Of a stretch of DNA of 64,000 nt, positions 12,877 to 22,542 are shown piece after piece. Below the pieces are notes generated by a model that did no database searches, was not told the origin of the DNA, and was given only the letters and a program-made list of their open reading frames with translations. How positions within the stretch are numbered: position 1 is the stretch's first letter; every line of letters begins with the position of its first letter. The DNA comes from Octopus bimaculoides (Eukaryota). Position numbers and translations under genes: made by a program. The stretch covers positions 47,947,063 to 48,011,062 of the forward strand of contig NC_068999.1 of assembly GCF_001194135.2 (NCBI RefSeq), in the 5' to 3' direction.

Positions 12877-13861
12877 CATTATTATTATTATTATTGTTGT
12901 TATGGTGGTGGGACGTCAGAATCGTTAGCACGCCGGACAAAATGATTGGCGGCATTTCGTCCGTCTTTACGTTCTAAGTTCAAATTCCGCCGAGTTTGAC
13001 TTTGTCTTTCATTCTTTTGGGGTTGATAAAAGTAGTACCAGTCAGGTGCTAGGGTCGATGTAATCGAATAACCTCCACCCACAAAATTTCAGGCTTTTTG
13101 CCAACTATAGAAAAGATTATTGTTATTACTGTTACTGTTAGTGATGTCATAAGAATTTTATAAATTTTCGAGAAAACGTAAAATAATAAGTTTTGGAACA
13201 TTGGATCTCGAAGCACATTAAGCTATAAATAATAGCATGTAAATAGCGAGTTGAAAAAACCCCTTTCGAAAAGAAAAAAAGTCGAAGGCTGCCCGTGTGA
13301 TACGAACTTACATCTCTCTTAAATATGACAGGCGCTCTACCGTTAGACCAAAGAAATCCTTTGAATTTCGATATCCATTTTGGATAAGTTTTCAATGTTG
13401 ATGTCATTCCTTTTCATATCGTTTTCAATTTTATCAATATGTCTTTATTAAATTTATCTTAATTAGGTACACAATGGAATTGTGATGGTACTAAATGTTG
13501 CCTTGGATGTGGTAATCAAGAACAGTTTTATGCATGCTCTGATGTTTTGATTTCTCCAAGAAATGTATTTGATTGGAAAACAACTACGGTGCCAAGTAGC
13601 AATAAAGAATGTGAAGCCAAGCTACCATGGCGAAACAACCCCAGAGCTACACCTTGGTGTAAGCTTCGTTGTTCGCAAAATAGATGTCCTCACAAGTATT
13701 GCGAAGCAGCTTGCTACCTTTTAGTACCGCAAGGGTTTGGAAGGTCTTCAAATTCATATTCTAGCCAATATCAAGACCAGTTTTTGAAAGCTCTGCTACG
13801 CGCCAGTAATTCCAAGGCTTACGCAAATGGATTAAATAAAACAATGGAAACAGGAAAATAG
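8311..13861 (+). CDS. AA15-family lytic polysaccharide monooxygenase (chitin-binding type-4 / LPMO_10-like domain), secreted, 313 aa, 3 exons
   Basis: Exons 8311-8481, 10993-11368, 13467-13861 joined by GT-AG introns (phases 0 and 1), 942 nt. 22-aa signal peptide followed by His1 (8377): HGRLIEPASRSSMWRFGF..NYNDNELYCGG, NGGRCGVCGDP, TTNHLGGYFEFNLCP, CVFRWKYNAG, GCGNQEQFYACSDV, all AA15 hallmark motifs. Confidence 0.93.
9584..10003. mobile_element. Foldback non-autonomous DNA element, Ginger-like termini
   Basis: TGTAACGGTT...AACCGTTACA termini, 4-bp TSD AATC (9580-9583, 10004-10007), internal inverted arms 9664-9719 / 9860-9915 (51/56 identical by hand count). Confidence 0.7.
10312..10391. 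mobile_element. hAT-Charlie (MER1-like) terminal fragment
   Basis: CAGCAGTCCCCAACCTTTTT...GGACTGGTTTC...ACAATGTTTTCCACAGACCGG resembles the MER1/Charlie3 end as I recall it. A second Charlie-like end CAAAGGTTCTCAACC lies near position 76. Confidence 0.6.
10993..11368 (+). CDS. LPMO exon 2
   Basis: Acceptor ttgttctag; ALWKKNGGRCGVCGDP...WKYNAG; donor GTAAGA at 11369. Confidence 0.95.
12030..12798 (-). mobile_element. R4/Dong-clade (RLE) non-LTR retrotransposon, 5'-truncated relic
   Basis: Minus frames: ETESTILAVQEQALATN..SPLC; RHDKVAKVLHWKL; KVLWDFSIQTDQVLEHNIPDLLVVDK; KAKIVSIIVGSLGTVSK..LQKACLLGTARII. The 5' end abuts (ATT)n at 12810-12897. Confidence 0.85.
12916..13100 (+). mobile_element. 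tRNA-derived SINE, family B (…gagttcaaattccgccgaggtcgactttgcctttcatcc…taagtaccag…)
   Basis: Many copies in the window, including 5720-5856, 9390-9510, 15470-15667, 25130-25280, 31746-31894, 33443-33659, 35262-35440, 39895-40085, 57662-58070 and 63112-63342. Confidence 0.85.
13467..13861 (+). CDS. LPMO exon 3 (end of catalytic domain, Cys-rich module, stop)
   Basis: Acceptor aattag; TQWNCDGTKCCLGCGNQEQFYACSDV...TGK-TAG. Confidence 0.92.
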
Positions 13862-13886
13862 TGATTTACACAGAACGAATTTCAAA

Positions 13887-13926
<40 letters not shown>

Positions 13927-13939
13927 GTTATACATATAC

Positions 13940-13986
<47 letters not shown>

Positions 13987-15812
13987 ATAACGTATGTATG
14001 TATATTCCTTCCATTTTGTTGAGGTAAACCCTTTAGCATTTAAATTATTCTGTCAAATAATATGTTTATTTACCTTTTATCTTCATTAATCATGCATTAT
14101 CTCCAAGCTTTGAGATTTTGATTATCTGATTGTTTATTTTTAGAATGACATTGTAGGATAGGTGGGAGAGGCTAGATCTGGCCTGCTTGAACATAAAACA
14201 GGTAGAATACTTTCTAAATGCTCACGGGTTTAATGAATACCTCAAGAGAAATGAATTCTGGACTGCGTTTTCTCAGATATTTTAATATTTTAATATTTTG
14301 GTATTTCAATATTGCAAGAATTATATACAAAAATTCTCCGAAATAAACGTTAGGACAATATTTCATCCTTCAGATTCTTTATCTATTGAGTAGCGGAAGA
14401 ACTCTTTAAAGATTTTAAACATTTGTACATATTTGTCGAAAGAACATGAATAAAAATATTATGATTGTCGTACTTACGTTCTTTTTCATTTCTGGAATTA
14501 CGTTTGTTTTACTTTCTGTTACTAACCAGAAGCATATATTTTCACCGTGATGTGTGTGTGTGCATGGGTGTCTGTGCCATTCTTTTAATCATTTCCAAGT
14601 TTTAGTCGCTGGGTTATTGCCCTACTGCAGCACAGGCTTCTAAGCTATTTCTCGACCTTATCAAACCAAATCTGGTTATTAACCTCTGTTCAACGAATGG
14701 ATTTACATTGCAGGTTGTAGTCGAACAAATCAACTGCAGGCGTACCTCACCCTACGTCGTTAATTGGTTCCAGGAGATGAGACTTAAGTCGAAAAACGAC
14801 TTAAGTAGAATTAACTTGTCTCTATGCTAGGCCGAATTTACTTGTCTCTAAGCTAAACAGACAATAACCATTCCCAGTCCTGTGCTTTATTTATGAATGC
14901 ATTTTCAATAATAGATGGTTTGATATGTGCTAAAATCTTGTCCTTATGTTCAATCATCGATACAGTTGTTCGACTTATCCCAAAAGATTGTGCAACTGCT
15001 ACCACTTTTTCACCTTTTTCACGGCGTTTTATCAGCCAGTTTATCTTCCAGTGTTATAGATAAAATAAGTACCAGTCAAGTACTGGGGCTGACTTATTCC
15101 CTCCTCTCAAAACTGCATGCCTTGTGCCAAAATGAAAAAAAAAATATAACCAAACAAACATCAGCGAATATGACACTGCATCGTTCAAAAAGAAAATAAA
15201 AAAATACCTTTCTTTTATGATAATCATTTGGGAGTGGACTACAACTAACTTTATAAAGTTCTTTTTATTGACAGGCAGCATATTCGTAGTCACATCTTTG
15301 TTTATTTAATAGATCTGTCATTGAAATATAATAGTACGATTCTGTTGAATCTCTTTGGTCATAGTCTGCACAACCAGCTAAAAGCAAACATTGGATTTCT
15401 AAGGAATTCAATGACTATACATTTTGTCACGTTCTATTTTACTAACAAAAGATAGGACTAGAATATTCTTTCCTACTTTAGGCACAAGGTCCGAAATTTT
15501 TGGAGGGAGAGGGGGGCAGTACGCAACTGGTACTTAATTTATCGACCACGAAAAGATGAAAGGCAAAGTCGACTTCGGCGGAATTTGCACTCAGAGCGTA
15601 AAAACAGACGAAATACCGCTAAACTTTTCGCCCGGCGTCCTAGCGATTCTGCATGCTCGCCGCCTTAATAGATCTAGAATATTAAAACAAAAAGGACAGA
15701 GCAACATTTGCTTCCTAAGCCAATTTTATGCGAAATAGCAAAAATGATTAACTCGTTACAACGGTATCTTGCATATCTATTCTTAATATATTTCGGCAAA
15801 TTCGATTGCAGT

Positions 15813-16794
15813 TGTAGCGACCGTGCGACCAGGAGATGGTGACGAAAGAATGGCTCCTTTAGCGCATCGCACGGTCGGCACAAATATAACAAACAAAAGA
15901 TGGAATGAGTTAAGTGCCAACAAGAAAAGAGAGAGACTCAACCGGTACAAATGTATAAAAGCAAGGTTTTATTGGTTGTCAACTAGAATGTCTGTGTGAG
16001 TGTGAATGCGACATAAAACACATTATAAGATAGGCCGTCGTTTAAACAAAGAGTGTGTGTGTATACAAATATGTATATGAATGTAAGATATACAGAGCAT
16101 AAAAAAACAGTCTATAATAAGGATGCTAGAAGAAAGTCCAGACCCAAGGATAAGAAACACCAGTTCGTAGCTAAGGTACACAGTAGTTGAAGTGCTGTAC
16201 CAAGAGGTTGTGGCGTTGAAGGCAGAGCCGAAGTAAGACACATGTCGTGTAAGAAGTTGAGGCTTCAATGCTGTAGCCGGTTACTTGGTACAGGAGTTCT
16301 CGCAGGTTGAATTCTGGCTAACTCTGGTGAAGCATTTCACACAAACAGCATGGAGAAAGTTGATGTTGACGTTAAGAAGCTGGAAGTGGCGACGAAGATG
16401 GAGTTTGCAGTAAGGTGTTGAACGAAGTGTTGGATCTCCATGAAGCTGTGTCATGTCGTCGCTGGAACTGGCTGGTGCTCTGTGGTCAACGGCTAGACCT
16501 CAAGAGGTCTAAAGCCGAAGACAAACTTTAGCGCAGACAAGCTAGCTATTTATGAGAAATAATCGGCTCAAACAGGGGTTCAGGAAACTGTTCAACGTGA
16601 CCTTATCAGAAGGTTGCGATTGATTGGTTTGCACGCTGGCGCGAAATAGAACCAGATACAAAAATGCGCCAATACCAACAAATCAGAGTGGTGAACACAA
16701 CAGCGTCCAAAGATGCGGCCGAAGGCCAGATGTTATCTGCTACGTCTGCATTCACATATATATATAACTGAGAGTGGAGAGAAGCTTCGCTACG
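15813..16794 (-). mobile_element. Solo LTR (982 bp), probably Gypsy-type
   Basis: TGTAGCGA...TCGCTACG termini (7/8 inverted match), 4-bp TSD CAGT (15809-15812, 16795-16798), minus-strand CATAAATAG (16546-16554) and AATAAA (15968-15973). Confidence 0.7.
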
Positions 16795-16870
16795 CAGTTA
16801 TGCTTATCGCTATTGTATTCGCCACAAAAGCACAACTTCACCTTTATGACAACTATGGGTTTATATATAT

Positions 16871-16960
16871 ACAGTAATCTCTCGACTATCGCGGGTGTTA
16901 CATTGCAAAACCCCTCGCGATAGGTGAAAATTCCCGAAGTAGAAACAGTACTGTACTGTA
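16871..16960 (+). mobile_element. Tc1/mariner-pogo-like terminal fragment
   Basis: TA|CAGTAATCTCTCGACTATCGCGG... resembles Tigger/pogo-type MITE ends; the other end was not found. Confidence 0.4.
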
Positions 16961-16961
16961 T

Positions 16962-17350
16962 ATTTTTACCTCCGCCAAGGAAGGAGGTTATATTTTCATC
17001 GGCGTTGGTTTGTCCGTCTGTCTGTCTGTGTGCAAAATAACTCAAAAAGTTGGGAACGGTATTTGATGAAATCTGCAGGAAAAGTTGGTAATGACACAAG
17101 AAACAGATGATGAAATTTTGGTAGTGATCCAGGAATTTTTATGGATTCTTAAAGGATTTTTCATTTGTTATATTTACTTTATATGAAGTATAACAATGTT
17201 ACGTTTTTTTTATTATCTCCCTTGAAAACACGTTCATCGTTTCCACGTAACCTATGGTGGCGTTGCTGTTTCCAAAGTTTATTTTCATTTCTCTGTTAGT
17301 AATTTTACTCGCGTATCTATCTCAAAATGAGCTGCTTGGCGAAGGTCTGC
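16962..17350 (+). mobile_element. Non-autonomous Helentron-associated element (HINE/DINE-1-like)
   Basis: Subterminal inverted repeats ACCTCCGCCAA (16968-16978) / TTGGCGAAGGT (17336-17346), a (GTCT)n microsatellite near the 5' end and T-rich flanks. Confidence 0.65.
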
Positions 17351-17355
17351 GGAGG

Positions 17356-17750
17356 ATGACATGACAAGCCTTGACTATTGGGATCGACTCAAAAAGCTCA
17401 GGCTTTGCTCCCTCCACTGCCGGTATGAGCTCTATATTATCTGTATGATGTGGAAAATATTCCATCAACATTGCCCATCTTTAAAATTCGTCCGAGGCTT
17501 GGCTCCCGTGCCATCCGTCCACTACAGAAATGTTCGTGTCGTATCACAACACTATGACAGAACTATTTCACCTCAATTGGCCCAGCTCTCTTCAACATCG
17601 TGCTAGACACACATAAAGGAGGAAAGTGACTTCACGGCATTCAAACGATCCCTAGATGATTACCCCCAACAAATACCAGATAAACCACCTACACCCAGAT
17701 ATGTCTCTGAAAACAATAACCCTCTGTTTGAATGGGCTATGGTTCCCCAG
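17356..17750 (+). mobile_element. CR1/L2-like LINE 3' fragment
   Basis: LDYWDRLKKLRLCSLHCRYELYIICMMWKI and FKRSLDDY..QIPDKPPTP match the C-terminal tail of CR1-like ORF2. Confidence 0.7.
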
Positions 17751-19047
17751 AGCTGACTGTGTATCTCTTCCAGGTGGTGCTATTGAATTAGGCATGGCCT
17801 GAGTCAACTTCGGCCGAAACTTATCTAAGTAATCTAATCTATGCTGTAACCTTTTAATCAAAGCATGACAACGTGGGTAGAGGCTGATATCTTAATATTT
17901 CTGATGGTCTTAAGTATAAAAAGAANNNNNNNNNNNNNNNNNNNNNNNNNNNNNNNNNNNNNNNNNNNNNNNNNNNNNNNNNNNNNNNNNNNNNNNNNNN
18001 NNNNNNNNNNNNNNNNNNNNNNNNNNNNNNNNNNNNNNNNNNNNNNNNNNNNNNNNNNNNNNNNNNNNNNNNNNNNNNNNNNNNNNNNNNNNNNNNNNNN
18101 NNNNNNNNNNNNNNNNNNNNNNNNNNNNNNNNNNNNNNNNNNNNNNNNNNNNNNNNNNNNNNNNNNNNNNNNNNNNNNNNNNNNNNNNNNNNNNNNNNNN
18201 NNNNNNNNNNNNNNNNNNNNNNNNNNNNNNNNNNNNNNNNNNNNNNNNNNNNNNNNNNNNNNNNNNNNNNNNNNNNNNNNNNNNNNNNNNNNNNNNNNNN
18301 NNNNNNNNNNNNNNNNNNNNNNNNNNNNNNNNNNNNNNNNNNNNNNNNNNNNNNNNNNNNNNNNNNNNNNNNNNNNNNNNNNNNNNNNNNNNNNNNNNNN
18401 NNNNNNNNNNNNNNNNNNNNNNNNNNNNNNNNNNNNNNNNNNNNNNNNNNNNNNNNNNNNNNNNNNNNNNNNNNNNNNNNNNNNNNNNNNNNNNNNNNNN
18501 NNNNNNNNNNNNNNNNNNNNNNNNNNNNNNNNNNNNNNNNNNNNNNNNNNNNNNNNNNNNNNNNNNNNNNNNNNNNNNNNNNNNNNNNNNNNNNNNNNNN
18601 NNNNNNNNNNNNNNNNNNNNNNNNNNNNNNNNNNNNNNNNNNNNNNNNNNNNNNNNNNNNNNNNNNNNNNNNNNNNNNNNNNNNNNNNNNNNNNNNNNNN
18701 NNNNNNNNNNNNNNNNNNNNNNNNNNNNNNNNNNNNNNNNNNNNNNNNNNNNNNNNNNNNNNNNNNNNNNNNNNNNNNNNNNNNNNNNNNNNNNNNNNNN
18801 NNNNNNNNNNNNNNNNNNNNNNNNNNNNNNNNNNNNNNNNNNNNNNNNNNNNNNNACCCGCCTTTAAGCTATTCGTCACGAAGAGGATATCTTTGGCTAC
18901 TTACATTTGCACACTCTTAGATATTAATATTCATACATCTCAAAAGAAAAAACAATGTTTATCTACGTAAAAGATCGATGAAATAAATGCTGTTTTTTTT
19001 AAAGAAAAATACACTTGCATTCTGGGAAAAAACAATATTTACATATT

Positions 19048-19060
19048 GCTACCTAGCAAC
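19048..19060. promoter_or_regulatory. RFX X-box-like motif upstream of the dynein gene
   Basis: GCTACC-T-AGCAAC against consensus GTNRCC-N(0-3)-RGYAAC (1 mismatch). A half-site GTTGCCAT lies at 19449. X-boxes are typical of ciliary gene promoters. Confidence 0.5.
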
Positions 19061-19116
19061 AGCTAATTACAACATGGAACTTGCTTCCGAATACAGTTTA
19101 TGACGCTACTACTAAG
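19061..19116 (+). other. DNAH6: Putative non-coding first exon of the dynein gene (5' boundary unknown)
   Basis: Strong donor AAG|GTAATT at 19116/19117. The exon carrying ATG 21005 begins at an acceptor (20979) with an in-frame TGA at 20984, so an upstream UTR exon is implied. Confidence 0.4.
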
Positions 19117-19345
19117 GTAATTATATTTCTTTTCGATATCAAAGACCACTTATTGGTATATGACAGTCATCGTGATGCACATCTCGTTTCATATAACTTG
19201 GTAGAAATATTGCAATTAACCTAATTGACATATCGATTAGCTTACGAAGCAATTGTGCGTCTTTAATCACATTTAATTGTCGCGCACCTTTTATGTTAAT
19301 GACTCCAAATTTTATGTTTCGAAATAAAAGCTTTAATTGATTTTT

Positions 19346-19351
19346 CGCGCG

Positions 19352-19410
<59 letters not shown>

Positions 19411-19435
19411 ACGTATGTATACATGTATGTATGTA
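19346..19435. repeat. Alternating purine-pyrimidine tract (CG)7(CA)24-GTACGTATGTATACATGTATGTATGTA
   Basis: 90 bp of uninterrupted RY alternation, read directly. Confidence 0.9.
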
Positions 19436-20476
19436 AACACGCGCACGTGTTGCCATAACTACGGAGCATAACTACTGAAGTGATCACCCCCACCCCGACT
19501 TTGTTTCCTCATAACTTCCAGAAAAATAAATATTTTTAAGTAAAATTTTCTATAAATATGCTTCAGATGGTGTAGATTCCTATTATATTGAAATTGGTTA
19601 TGAAAAATATTTTTCCAAGACTGGGGACAAGAATTTCAGAAAATTCGATTTGTTTCCTCATAACTTTCGGAAAAATGGATATTTTGTCATGAAATTTTCT
19701 ACAAATGCTTTTCAGAGTGCGAAAATTACGATTATATCAGAATTTGATGTGAAAAGAAAAATGATGATCACGCACACATACATACTGACACATCATATTT
19801 TTTCCCCAAATTTCAAGTTTCATTTTGTATATATGTGATGTATGTCTATATGTATGTGTGCGAATCCATTAATTTTTTTTTGTTTTTCCTATTAAATTCC
19901 GATATAATCGTAATCTACACACTCTGAAAGATACATGTAGAAAATTTTATTCAGAAATACCCATTTAAAAAAAAAAAGTTATCAGGAAACAAAACCGATT
20001 CATGTGAATTTTCCGAAACTCCTCTCCCCACGCACGGAATTTTTCTTTTTCACAATGAATTCCAATATAATCAGAATCTACACCATCTGAAGCGTATTTT
20101 TAGTAAACGATAAAAGATATTAATTTTTCTGGAAGATATGAGGAAACAAAGTCGGAGGGGTGGGGGCTTTTGTGTAGATATACCTAAAAAATCTTGTATA
20201 TCATCATTGTACATACAACATGAAGAAATCTGTATAATCTTAATATATATTATTTTGTTCGTTATCAGTAGGAAATTGGAAAGTTCTATAAAAATAAAAT
20301 TGTCAGGTCTATGTTTAATCCTACTGCAATACAAATCAAAAGTATCAGAAAATACTACTTTTACTTTGTAGAGTAGCCTAAGCGAATTTTTTATTGTGCC
20401 CTCCAATTTTATATTAGTGATACCTATGGGATACTATCAAGGATTTTACTATTTTGAATAATGATTATGTGCAAGT

Positions 20477-20526
<50 letters not shown>

Positions 20527-20527
<1 letters not shown>

Positions 20528-20690
20528 CAGCTCAACAAATACCCTTGCACTGTTAATGTGGGAGAACTTCAGAAAATAGTGTTGCTAGGTTCCGCACACA
20601 TTTTACGCCATGAGATGAGGACCTGCTGTGAGCCTAGGGTCAAGGGAAGACCCCGGTTCAGCAGAAGACAACAGACCATGTTTTATTTTA
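20527..20690 (+). mobile_element. R4/Dong-clade 3' fragment inside a (TAA)n tract
   Basis: VGELQKIVLLGSAHILRH (R4 C-terminal motif), with (TAA)n at 20478-20526 and 20691-20703. Confidence 0.7.
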
Positions 20691-21004
20691 TAATAATAAT
20701 AATGATAATCTTCTATCTTTTGCTTGTTTCACTCATTAGACTACGGCCATGCTGGGGCACTGTCTTGAATTTCTTAGTCAAATGAACCAATCCAAGTACT
20801 TATTCTATCAGTCTCTTTGCCGAACTACTAAGTTACGGGGACATATACACACCAGCACCGGTTATCAAGCAGTGGTGTCTATTTTTTAAAAACTTTGGCT
20901 TCAAAAGTTAATTTACAGAAATACCTTCATGACAATAAATATTTGATTTTCTTAATGAAACATGTTTTTAATATTTAGGTGTCTGATTACAACCCCAAAT
21001 CAGA

Positions 21005-21184
21005 ATGACTACCAAAAGACCTCATATTCCTTACTCTAAGACTAATGAAGAAGTGAAGAAGCCAAAGCCACAATACCTCAATTATTTCCCTAAAACACCA
21101 AACATCCAAGACAACCAGTTGGTTATAAAGCAACAGAAGGCCTTAAAAGTTTTAATACATAATGTCCCTGGTTTTGCACTGATG
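21005..21184 (+). CDS. DNAH6: Dynein coding exon 1 (exon starts 20979)
   Basis: [10 protein letters not shown]...GFALM|GTATGA; poorly conserved N-terminus, phase 0. Confidence 0.65.
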
Positions 21185-22506
21185 GTATGATATCACTGAC
21201 CTATTTTGTGTTCTTTTTTTAATACAAACTTTAATCATCATCATCATCACCATCATCATAATCGTCATCATCATCATCGTCGTCGTCATCATCATCATCA
21301 TCATCATCATCATTTAATATCTGTATTCTATTTTGATATGGGCTGGATGGTTTGACAAGATCTGGCAAGCCACAGGACTACATCAAGTTCCAGTGTCAGT
21401 TTTGACATGGTTTCTATGACTGGATTAATGGGTCCTCTCAAACACAGCACAAAGGTCTTATGCCTAACTCTCACAACAAGACTCATACCTAACTCTCATA
21501 ATTACTTTAGAATATCTGTAGAGATAACCCTAGCATGTGTTACTGTTTTTATTATTTCACAATAAATATTTTGCTTAAATTGTAAATTATGTAGCATTAT
21601 TTTCACATTTCAGCCCAAATTACATAATGACAAATCACAAAGCAAACAAGCTGTTAACATTGAGGAAGAGATCAAGGATTCTAGTATTTCTTCAGAAAAT
21701 AAAATTTCCACCACAGAAGAGATTCGTCTCCCAAAATGTCAATCACAGCCAGAAGGAAGGGAGACTACGAATAAACAGCATTCAAAAACTGTAAGATTTG
21801 AAATTGATTACTTCAACAATCAATGAGTGTGTATTTTGTGTGTATGTGTGTGTGTGTGCATGTGCTAGTGTGTTTGTTTGTGTGGTTGTCAAGATTATAC
21901 ATACACAATCTCACATAAAGTGAACTCCCATGAAGCTGTACTTTATACATACATGCATACATACATATGTAAATGTGTTCAGTTCTGACTGTCAGTGTCA
22001 GAAAAAAAAAGAATACTCAATAAAATAGTCGAGTTACTCTTTTACTCTTTTACTTGTTTCTGTAATTTATCTGCGGCCATGCTGGAGCGCCACCTTTAGT
22101 CAAGCAAATTGACCCCAGAATTTATTCTTTGTAAGCATAATACTTATTCTATCGGAGTCTTTTGCCGAACCGCTAAGTTACGGGGATGTAAACACACCAG
22201 CATCGGTTGTCAAGCGATGTTGGGGGGACAAACACAGACACACACTGCCAGCTATAGAAACTCTGCCAGATCAGATTGGAGCCTGGTGCTGCCATCTGGT
22301 TTGCCAGTCCTCAGTCAAATCGTCCAACCCATGCCAGCATGGGAAGCGGACGTTAAACGATGATGATGATGAGCTCCGTATTCTTTCTGTTGAAGAGCGT
22401 AGCTGGAAACGTCAAAGACTTTCCGTATTCCCGAGTGTCATACTAATACATCCTTTTGTTATTTACACCACCTGTCCTCGTCTGTTGTTATTATTTGTAT
22501 ATTCTC

Positions 22507-22542
<36 letters not shown>

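Noticed and set aside
12509-12977. Poly-Ile/Asn/Leu ORFs in several frames
   Set aside because: Products of the (ATT)n tract joined to an R4 relic.
13725-13745. VPQGFG-R as a possible amidated peptide in the LPMO tail
   Set aside because: Single monobasic site, no N-terminal cleavage site and no repeats; chance occurrence is likely.
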